Assembly: GCF_000315625.1 (NCBI RefSeq)
Contig: NW_005434663.1
Location: forward strand, 248,001-312,000
Length of the DNA stretch: 64,000 nucleotides
From: Guillardia theta CCMP2712
Lineage: Eukaryota; Protista; Cryptophyta
Direction: 5' to 3'
Under the pieces are notes generated by a model. The model was not told where the DNA came from. It did not search any database and saw only the letters and a list, made by a program, of their open reading frames with translations. Shown here piece by piece: positions 23,645-34,400 of the stretch. Within the stretch, counting starts at the first letter, position 1. Every line of letters starts with the position of its first letter. Both the position numbers and the translations under genes were made by a program.

Positions 23645-26600
23645 CTACCTCCCCTCATTCCCCCGATGCCTCTCCAGCCGAGTTTGCTGGTCTCTCGTCA
23701 GATCACGGATCTGTTCCCTCAGCTCCCCCAAGTCTCCCAGCACCTGCTCGGCGTCAGCTCTCGCTGCAGCTGGAGGACGAGCCCACCTGTCGCAGCTTGT
23801 CCAGTCCCAGCCGGGTCTCTCGCCGGGAGAGGAGGTTGCGCTTGACCTGCTCCCACGAGTCGAGGTCGTAGGTCGGGATGAAGTCGGGGCGGTTGGCAAC
23901 CAGGTCCTCGAGGTCGGGTCGGAGGAGGATGTAGAGCTCTACCGGCTCCAGGGCTGTTGCCGTGTGGCTCTGCTTCAGGGTCCCGTCCCCCCCGTTGACG
24001 CAGTTCTCCCCGAAAACTCCTCCCGGCCCCAGCACGCTCTCGGACTCCCAACCCCTGCTGAGGAGAACCTGCAAGCAAGTCGCGTCAAGTGAACAAGGAA
24101 GAGCACGAGAGGAGGCTGAGGACAGAAGAGATAGCAGGGGAGAGGAGGAGGAAGAAGATAAGGATGCGAAGGATAGCTTAAGCATAAGATAAGGAGAGGA
24201 GAGGGAGAGGAGGGGAGAAGGGACGGCGTTCACCTGCCCGCTCTTCACAAAGCAGAGGCCGTTGGAAGGAGTTCCCTCGATGGTAATGACGTCACCTTCA
24301 GCTGCGAAGGTCTGTGGGGAAACCTCAGCCCCCCTCCCCTCCTCTTCTCTCCTCGCTCGCCTTTCGCAGGAGCAGACAGATCTCTCCAGTAGTTCCAGCC
24401 GAGCAGCGCTTTAGGATGGGACAGGCCGTGACGAGGTTGCGATGCACGTGAGCTGCGAGATCCTGTTGAGAGTGAGAGGAGGAGAGACGCGAGCAGAGCT
24501 GCCTTCTGCATGCTGAGCGGGAGATCTTGGATGATCTTGTAGCCTTCTCGAGGTCAGAGGGAGTGGAGAGAAGAGAAGAAGATGATGGGAAGTCAAAGAG
24601 GAAGAGCAGCGCGAGAAAGCAGGAAGGGGGATGAGAGGAAGAGAGGAGGAGGATTCTCACCGTCGAAGGACCGTCTCTCAGGGTATCTGTACTCAAAGAA
24701 TTGCATGATTCTCGCTTGAAGGGCTGCTGGAACCTGCAAGCGCACAAGGAGATTAGACGGGATGAAGAGAGAGAAGTGTCAGAGAAAGGAGGAGGAGGAG
24801 GTGGTGGAGGTGGTGGAGGAGACTTGGTTGCACCTGCTTGTCCTTCATGTACTCCTTCAAACGGTTCTCAAGCTCCAGGTATCTTGCTCCTGCCTCCGAT
24901 CGCCGATCGATGATGGCAGGAACGCTGTCAACTCAGGTGACGTGGAAGGAGAAACGAAACATTGAAAACCTTCCGATAAGATGTCCGAACAAGAAGCCGC
25001 CAAGAACCATCAGGCCGATCTGAGCGACAGCATCTCAACCTTCATGTTCGTTCTTCTTGCGTGTACAAACTCACACAAAATATCCTCTCAGCTGCGTTCA
25101 AACCTGAAAGACTGATAGTGAGACAGAGATAGACTTGCTTCAGCTGCTTGCCTGCTACATCTCCATACCCCACGGTCGTGATGGTTGCGTAGATGAAGTA
25201 GAAGCTGAGGGCACGAGTGAACTCCTTTGCTTCCTGGGCTCATTCGCTTGTACCTCTTGACATACTTGGATAAACAGGACTCGTCCCTTCTTGTGTGCCT
25301 CACAACCCACCTGCTCTTCTCTTAACTTCCTCCTCCTCCTCCCCCCCCCCCCCGCTTCTCTTCATGACTTCTCGCCTGTCCATCTCCCCTCCCCTTCTTC
25401 GCTTTCTCTCACTTTCTCGTCTTTGACTTTCACTCACCCATTTAGCCTGTCTAGTTGTCCAACGAAGTACCAAGCGCAAGCAAGCACGTGTCCGGTAAAC
25501 AGCATCTGTTCGCTTGTAACGACACAAGGAGGGAGTGGGAGTGGGAGGAGGGGCAAGAGAGAAAGATGGGAGAGGAGGACAGCAGCGGGACGAAGGATGC
25601 TGACACCTGCCCAAGGAGCAGCGAGAGGTTGAACAGTCTCGATTTGTCCGGGAACTGGTGGAGGACTTAATCAGTCGGGCAACGACGTCAGCCACGTGAC
25701 CTTGTAGGCGATGAAGTTGGCGATGCGGTAGATGTGATGCAGCCTTGGTGTGACGCTCAGCTGCTGGGGGAGAGCTGGACCCTCACCTGAAGAGCTTCGC
25801 CATCCTAAAGGCCTGCCGGGCTGTCAGCTGGAGGAGTCGGGCGAGACGGGAGGACCTTGAACAGGTTGATGACCTTGTTGTCCCAGATGAAGGGGATGCT
25901 TCCCGGGATCAGATACGAGATGAGGCAAGCCATCGCCTTGAGCGGGAAGATGCCGCAAACATCCCACACAAACGCCCTGCAGGTCTTGTGGTCAACAGGG
26001 AGGGGGAGGAGGAGGAGGGAGAGGAGGAGGGAGAGGAGGAGGGAGAGGAGGAGGAGGAGGAGGAGGGAGAGGAGGAGGGAGAGGAGGAGGGGGAGGAGGA
26101 GGGAGAGGAGGAGGGAGAGGAGGAGGGAGAGGAGGAGGGAGAGGAGGAGGGAGAGGAGGAGGGAGAGGAGGAGGGAGAGGAGGAGGGAGAGGAGGAGGGA
26201 GAGGAGGAGAAGGAGGAGTAGGAGGCGCGAATACCAGCTGCTCAAGTATCGATTTCGAATGGTCGGCAGGTCGTCGACAAGGTCAAGTCGTCCGTTGCCG
26301 CGGTACTGTAGCAGGAGCGTGAGCGAGGGGAGGAGGGGGCCGAGCATCGACCTGATAGAAGGCTGTGTGCATGGAGAAGATGATGTCGGTGAGGAAGATC
26401 AAGTCGACGATCGACCTCAGAGGCCTCGCCAGGTTCTCTGCTAGCATGTTCTTGGGCAGCGAGCAGTGGTCCTGCAAGTCCCTCGTCACCTCCTCCCTCC
26501 TCCTCCTCGTCCTCCTCTCCAACCTCGTCCCAGTCGTCCATGGTGAAGCCTGCGGCTCGAAAGGGGACGTTGAAGGCTATGTACATCATCGCCAGCCACA

Positions 26601-27152
26601 CTGTCCCGTCCCACACCTGCCACCCTCGTGAGCTCTAAGCCCAGCCTCTGCTGCAGCACCTGCAGGAACATGGAGCCGGGCCTGAAAACGTTCTTTCGCC
26701 CCCACGGAGGGTCGGGGTAGAACCAGGCGTACTTCCCGAGATCGACGATCTCTTGAGACTGGCAGAGGAAGCGAGTGAAAGAGTGCAGGGCAGGAGGAAG
26801 GCAAACCTTGCTCACGTGCAGATCCGTGCTGTTCTTCCTGCCCACAGTCCCGCGATGTGGTGCTTCCTTGGGAACAAATGCTTTGATCTGAGCGAACTGC
26901 GGATTCGCCATGGTGGAGAAGACGGAACCGGCCTCGATGGCTCCAATATCGTTCATGCCGGAGCTCCCACCTCTCAAGAGCATTGCGCCCTGCTGCTTCA
27001 AGCTGCAGGGCAGGCAGGTGCAGAAGGAGGAGAGGAGGGGAAGCACGAAGAAATGTCGTCCTCTCACCCGAACGATCATCGGGACGTTTGTGGCTCTCAC
27101 GATCTAGTCCCTCCTGGTTATCTCACATGCTCTGCTCAATCTCGCTCCACAT
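23645..27152 (-). CDS. Cyclic-nucleotide-binding-domain K+ channel (KCNH/EAG or plant Shaker-like, 6TM)
   Basis: Spliced: S1 WDGTVWLAMMYIAFNVPFRAAG, S2 IVDLIFLTDIIFSMHTAFY, S3 WDVCGIFPL, pore YVKSFYFIYATITTVGYGDV (about 25155-25200), S6 IGLMVLGGFLFGHLIGS, C-linker, and cNMP domain LGPGGVFGENC...TATALEPVELYILLRPDL. 5' start uncertain. Confidence 0.88.
26001..26222 (+). repeat. Intronic 12-bp microsatellite (GAGGGAGAGGAG)n, about 17 copies
   Basis: Read directly, inside a channel-gene intron. Confidence 0.9.
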
Positions 27153-27490
27153 CTCATGCTGATCCAAATCAAAAGTCCCTCACTCTCCATCAGCGGCTCT
27201 TTTGCTCTTCATCTCAGTGATACTCACTCAAGCGCTTCTCTTCTCTATCCTCTCCTCTCCTCTCCTCTCCTCTCCCCTCTCTGCTTCTCCTGCGTCTCCA
27301 CCACCACCACCACCAACTCCTCCTCCTCCTCCTCCTCCTCCTCCTCCTTCTACTCCTTCTCCTCCTCCTCTTCCTTCTCCTCTGTCGTCTTCTTCTCCTT
27401 CTTCTCCTTCTCCTTCGTCGCTGTCTTCCCTCCCTACCTGGTTAAAACCTCAAGCCATGATCTCTCCCAACCCGCCTCAGACCCGCCGCG

Positions 27491-30400
27491 ATGCGCCTCA
27501 TGGCGATCCTGGCGGTGCTACTGAGCGTAGGAGGAGGGGGGACGAGCGGAGGAGGAGGAGGAGGAGGAGGAGGAGAGAGGACGAAGCAGGTGCATGAGGG
27601 AGAGAGTTTTCAGGGCTCTGCTTGCTTCAGGACATGTTTGCGGTTGGATAGAAGCAGATCCTTGCTTCTGCCCCGGCTCTCGTCTCCCGGTTGGAACCAG
27701 CAGGTTGCGAGGCTGCGAGGTGGACATGACATGTTGTTGTCGCACGAACAAGGTGACCTGACATAGCATGACATGCGAATGACATCGCCGCAGATTCTTA
27801 TCCTCCATCGTCGGCGGGCGAGATGGCTGAGTTAAAACGAGCTAGCGAGCTTGGAGAAGCGAGCGTGAGCATGAAGAGCAAGATAAACACAGGAATTTTA
27901 CTTCCTTGTAGTGATGTGATTGACTGTGACTCGTCTCCGAAAGCAGTCAAGGAACTTGAAGCGTATCTTTCGGATCGTCGTGAAGTAGTATCCGGCGTTT
28001 TCCTAGAAGGAAATTCTCATTCAGCAAGGGGGCGACGGCTGACATGCGGATGGTTTTACAGGGCTACTTGCCTCTATACTGAGAGTAATATACCCGAAGC
28101 AAGCTGGCGGAGCCAAGACATCTGATGCGGGGTCGGTTGTTCGAGAGGTAGGCGATCAGTGGTAGAGGTGATTTGAAACTGAAGGGAATTCAGCTGATCC
28201 ACGCGGTTCTGGAGTTGATTCGTCTCGCCTGCAGCATTGTGAATGCAAGATCGTTTGAGAAATCCTTGACAGAGAGAGCGTTGCTGTGCATCTCCATGTG
28301 TTTAACAAGGCAACTGTTGCTGGCTGCTTTCACAGTCGTTGATATCGCCGCAGAATCATACCGGACGTGAAATCTCTCGAGCACTCCATGCGTTGTGTAA
28401 GCGAGCTGTACAAGAACGAAATCTTTCTTCGCAAACGTAGAGGTGTTCAACTTTGTTTGAGGAGATAACAAGTTAAATTGCAGCATACCTTAACGAGGTA
28501 GCAAAGACATTGAGCTGGAACCTCGAGAAGAATGTATCTATCCACATGAAACAACAGATATTCAAGTGAAGATGGTTTCGTCTTCTTTCCTCAAATTACT
28601 TGAATTCTTATCAGGATAATACTTGTATCCATGGAACAAGATACCAGTTATTTGGATGACTTGGTACCATGTTGGCTGAGCATTGCTGTGGAAGAAGGTT
28701 GATGTATTAAACTAACGGATCCTGTTTTGAGAGACTAAATTCAGATGGAAAGCTTCAAGACATGATCAGCAGAGCAGCGAAAGAATGGATGCTGCATGTG
28801 TATCCAAGTGATCTCACGCGGTTTCAGCGACCAGCGCGAGTTCTACTGTCCGTTGCGTTTGCTCAACTTGTCCACGGAGATCCGGTGAATGTCGGATGAT
28901 TATATATGAAGTTTTGATCTTCCTCAGGCTATCAGAGAAAGGGCAAACAAGGTTTTAGAAAAGTGTACAAGGTGCACTTCAAGTGTTCAGAAGAAATGTT
29001 TTGTTGACGAATGACAGGAAATTTAAGAAGCATGTTTCAAAAAGGTACAATTATGCTTTGCAACGTCTCCTTCGTTGATGGCTCTGCTCTCCTAGTTGGA
29101 GATCTGAAACGAATTCCTTCCAAGTATACAAGACTGGTCTAGTTGACGTGATTCTTTCCCTCATTGGGGACCCACACAGTCACCAGCAACTCCCAGGAGC
29201 AATTCGCCGGGATCATGTTCGAATTGGATCAGTTTCGTGACAAGGAGGGAGAAAAGTGCAAGGCGTACGTGGCACGAGTACTTTTAGGGATGCTTTCGTT
29301 CTGTGGAGAAAGGTAAGTCATCGGCAAGGGTTCATGGATGTGACAGGCCGCAGGGTCAGTAGAAGGACTGGGGAGAAGATCTTTGACCTTGTCCTCATGG
29401 AACTTCACACGGATACTGATCTACATGATGCCTTCAGTCTCGACTCCACTTGCACTGCTGCACATCCTGCTGTAGCCGCCTCTACAGGCCGTCAAGACAT
29501 ACTGCATTTGGCCATGCAGAAGGTGGTGTTGTGAGCTCGGCTCTGGCTGTGTTCTGACTCCTGTGCCGTTAGCTGCTCTGCTGCCTGGACTCTCGTTTTG
29601 CACTTCACATGGTCCACCAGGGGAAGTACATAGAGGTGACCTCTTTCCCTTCGGCTCCCGCTGACCTTGGAACTCAGAACGTGTGGGGAAAGTCCATCTC
29701 TCAATCCGCTAAGGATTTGATTTATGGTGATGTCTTGAGCTTCTCATCATCAGCGTGAGGATATCTTGCTTGTGGCAGCTTGCATCTGTTCTGGAGCCTT
29801 CATCATCGAACAGCAGAGTCGAGCTCACCCCCAGCAGCGCAAACTTTCCCTCCATGAGATCGAGCGGACAATGGTGACTCATCGTATGCGGCTTCAATGC
29901 CTGAGATGCTCTCACATGTGCAGCAATTCGCACGCGTATGCGAGGTGATGTTCTCGCCAACAAAGAGATACAAGGAAGCTGTCCTGTTGCTTTGTTGGCG
30001 AGTCTTCGAGTTCATAGTCAACTCCGCCAAGGCTGTTGGGCCTTTTGGAGAGTTTTCCTTTGACACCCTTCCGACGAAAGTCTTGCTGCAGCGGGTCTTA
30101 GTTGCGTTGGTGAGGAACCCGAACTCATTTCAAGGGGTTGTTGAATCTTGCATCAGTACTCAGCCCTTGGCGACAACACTTTGCTAACTAACCGCGAGGA
30201 CATCTTGATGAAGATACAAACCTTCAACGGTGAGCCTGCCCTTGCACTTCGAGTTGAATGACAAGTAATCGAAGATGAGATGCAAGACATCGGCGGAGTG
30301 GGAGTGCTAGAAAACCTCTATGATGAGGCTATATCTTCCATCTGGAGCAGAGTACGGCTGCACCTGGATCAGAAGTCATCGGAGCTCAATGCGGGGCACA

Positions 30401-30864
30401 AGTATGACTGCTGGGTCTTTCACGAGAGCTCTCGAGCTTCACTCTTTCTGCGAGGGATTCTTCAAGTAGCCTGCTACGTGATGCTCCTCGTTGTGTTGAC
30501 TCGTGATTCATTAGGAAGGGAACCAAGGTCGACTGAAACGACTCACTTCCTTGCCTGCCACCGTTGAGGTATTCCTCCTTATTTGCGCGAGTCGAGGTTT
30601 GATGGCTTGTAGTTGTTCTGTCACGAGGACCTCCAGGCATTATTTCGCCGGCTACGGGCAGGCTCGAGAGAGATACTGCTTGGGTGGATGAAACTGGGAG
30701 GTTTGCACTTGCTTCACGCAGCTCTCGATTGAGTTCTTCCAACAGCTATATATTGGGATTTAGCTGAAGATCGACATGTGCACCTTAGACCTCTCGAAGC
30801 TGACCTGGAATCCCCAGTGATAGATGACAAGTGCTCTGGTTGTACCAGCACAGATAATGCCTGA
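27491..30864 (+). CDS. Multi-exon hypothetical alpha-helical (HEAT/ARM-like) protein with a predicted signal peptide and an RLRGG motif in its leader
   Basis: MRLMAILAVLLS, intron 27527-27589, then VHEGESF...VARLRGG...; many 45-55 nt introns link Leu-rich helical exons; last exon AIYWDL...TDNA* ends at 30864. Not every internal junction was verified and no family was recognised. Confidence 0.55.
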
Positions 30865-31457
30865 CCATCGTGTCTGCTATTTGTCTGGTTGCGAGTTCGT
30901 CCCTTCATTCTCTGTCCCACAAGTCACTTCTGTCCATCCTTCCCCTCCTTGCCCCCTGCTCCTCCTCCTCCTCCTCCTCCTCCTCCTCCTCTCCCTCCTC
31001 TCGCCATCCTTCAGGATCTCCATGACGTCCCAATCAAAATGCCCGACATCATTGTCGGGGAGATTTTAGTCGTCAAAAGGGTAGGGGTGGATGTTCCTTT
31101 CCTTGGACCGGGTATATTCTAATGGAATTGAAATACGTAGACAGGGGTACATGAGTATGGGGGTGGTAAAAATTGTCAGCTGAGGTGGTAGGGTGATTCT
31201 TTTTTCTTTCAAATTCTTTCAGACAGATGATTGTTGAACAGGACGGTGGGGGTAGTCTGACTTTTGAAAATAATTGAGGGTGGGTCTGTTTCATAGGTAG
31301 GGTATTTCACAGACGGGTAGTTTTCAGAGGTATATGCATATGTAAAGGTGGGTATATATTTGAAAATCAGGGTCCTTTGATCGGAATTTTGCTTCCAAAG
31401 TGGGTAGTGACAGTATACGAAGGGTGGAGGGGGTGGGACGCAGGGTCGGTGCTGGCG

Positions 31458-34400
31458 ATGGAGTTGTGTTCAGTATGCGAAGAGTACATGGCGGAATGGT
31501 TCTGCCGCAAGTGCGACCGAAAGATATGTCAGGTGAGAGGAGGAGGAGGAGGAGGAGGAGTGAAGGAGAATGGGCAACGGGTGGTGGAGCAGCAGCAGCA
31601 GCAGCAGCAGCTGTAGCAGTAGCAGAGGTAAATATTTCTGGTGCTGTAGGGGCAGTCCAGGAGGAAGTGGCCAAGGAAAGGGACCTGGACGACAAGAAAG
31701 ACTTGAGTGAGAGGAGGAAGAGAACTAAGTGAAGAGAATTTGAAAAAGAGGCGACCGCAGTTGATGATGGAGGAAAGGCGGAGAGGCGAGATCAGGAGGC
31801 AAGAACAAGTTTTGTTAGCTGAATTCATCGCCCATCTTGGAATTCTGCTGAAGAACGAGGGAGCAAGAAGCAAACTTTGCTCATGGCATGACGTAGCGCG
31901 ACGTTCCGCTCACATTCAAGGAACTAGAATTGTCGACTGTAGGAGTCGATCAGTCACCCGGAGCACGAAGGTTGGAGGGAAGGAAGAGATCCGTACAGTA
32001 GAGTAGAGATCTCAGAGTTGAGGACAATAGAACATCGGAGCGAGCCTCTTGACCCTGACTGGTGCAGGAATGCGACGAAGTAATCCACCTCATCCCCGAG
32101 AAGACCGTCCATCAACGGATCCCCCTGAAGCCCACACAGCCTGCTGCTGCTCCTGCGCCTGCTGCTGCTCCCGCTCCACCTCCTGCTCCTGTTCCGCACA
32201 GTTCCTATGGAGCGCCAGGATATCAAACCTTTGCCAACAACTTCCTACCAGTCGGGGCAGGCGGTCACAATGCACCAGTGCCATTCAAGCCCCCTGAGGT
32301 AAAATAAGAGGGCTCTATTTGTCTTCTCTTACTTTGGAGCGCTTCTTACAACGCTGACGTCTCTGTTTGCTGCAGCTCGGCGCGTTCGCTCCGATCCCTT
32401 ATCAAGCTCAACCAGCGGCGCACCAGTGAGCAGTCATTCGTCAGACGAGAAAGTCCATTGAACCTGAGCTTACAGTTCGCCTCCTATTCAACGCGAATTT
32501 CAACAACAGCTTGAGCATACTATTCATGAGCAACGCTCAGTGCTGGAACAGGTAAAAGCACATGCTTTCGCCGTGTAATCATATCTAATCTGAGTCGGGT
32601 CTTCAAGATGCAAATACCGTCATATACAATGTATCAAGACCGATATTCAGCATATGCACAACCAGAACCGCAGAGGATCGTAGCGAGGTATACCCTGAAG
32701 CAAGTCGAGCCCTTCGTTGACGTTCCCACCAGCAGCATCCCCGTAACCAAGCAAGGAAGCGAAGTGTCTGCTCCTCCCGGCTCCATCGCCCCGTATGAGC
32801 GACCACATCCCTGCTCCCTCGCAGCTCACCTCCCTCATCCAGCCCGCCAGAACCCGAGGTCTACTACGACAACGCGCCAGCTTGGGAACCCCCAGCAGAT
32901 GACGAGGAGGATGCGGTCAGTCTTGGCTCTAACCAGAACTTTTCCTGATGAACGTCATGCGTAGAATCTTGCAACGTTGGCACCACCACCGTCGCACCCT
33001 GAGAACCTTCCAGATCTCCAGCTCGCTGAAGACAGCCAGTTAAGGTCCTGATCTGAACTTCATGGTTGAAGTCTCAACGAAGCTTTAGCTCCAAGCCTGC
33101 TGTGGCTCCTGAAGGAGACAAGCAGACAGAGGGCATGCCAAAAGCTTCCGGAGCAACGGACGGCTCTCTAGGTAGGCTGCGGCTAAAAAAAGTGGCGGGT
33201 CTAATGTGCTCTTCACTTTCAGACCCTAGCGCGGAAGAATCTAAGACTGCACCGTATGCTGTAGCAGCTGGTATCACAGGGATCAACGAAACCAAGGTGA
33301 AGAAATAGCAGGTGGCACAGAGCTGCATGGTTATCCTTTGCTGTCCGTCAGGTTCCTGAAGATGCTCTGGCTAAGCTGAAAGAGACGCAATCGACCATAG
33401 TGAAAGGTAGCTTCACAACATTCCTCTTGTCAGCCTTCTGACATCACACCTCCGCTCTCGTCTCCAAGAATCGAGAACAAGTATCCCAGCTGATACAAGC
33501 ACACTGCGAGACAAGTTCGTGCAGGTACGAACACTTCCCATCGTCTCCTCTGCCTGATCGTTGGGCGATACAGAGAGGAGCGGCAAGTTTTGTTGCACAG
33601 CTTCGAGCCACGCAGGACAACGAGGCAGACATGCTTGTCTCCTTGATTCTCACAAAGGAGATGCTCCTTGTGGCCAAGAAACCGAGGTGAATGAAACGAT
33701 GGAATAGAGGGTATGTTTACAGTTGTTCGTCAGCTACAAGACCCTCTACACCCTTAAGTTTGCCTCTGGGTTGAAGGCCTTTCCTGTTCCTCGAGACCCC
33801 AATGGCGTGATCGTAAGTCAAGCAGCTGGGCAGGGACGGAGCGACATGACGCAGTCAAATTCAGGTTCTCAGCTCGGACCTCGCTGAGCCTCTCGTGTTT
33901 GGTTGTGGCCAGGTGAGTGTCGGCACTTGACACCCTCCAGCTGAGCCCGTCCAGGCGCATCTCCTGCAAGAAACTCTCGAGGCCTTCGTCAAACTCGGAG
34001 GCTTCTCGGGTCCAGCTGCAAGGCTCCCGGCAGGTTGACAAGTTCGATGACGTTCGAATACAACCTGAGCTCCCCCAGGTCAACCAGCACCAGGTCCAGC
34101 ACAACAACAAGGTGACGAGGATACGAACTTCTCTTCCTAGCCTCACTCCAGCTGTCAGATGCCAAGACTCCTGCTCCTCCTGCCCCTCCTGCTCCCCCCG
34201 CCCCTCCTGCCCCTCCACCTCCACCCGCTCCTGCAGGAGGAGCCAGCGGGCCGCCTCCTCCACCCCCTCCTCCTCCTCCAGGCCTGTCTGGAGCACCACC
34301 ACCTCCACCTCCTCCGCCAGGAGGCGGGCCTCCGCCACCACCTCCACCACCTCCTCCTGGCGGCCAAGGCCCTCCGCCCCCCCCGCCTCCTCCTGGTCCA

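Noticed and set aside
25805-26444. Poly-Leu/Ser, poly-Arg/Glu and poly-Glu/Gly ORFs
   Set aside because: Translations of an intronic (GAGGGAGAGGAG)n microsatellite.
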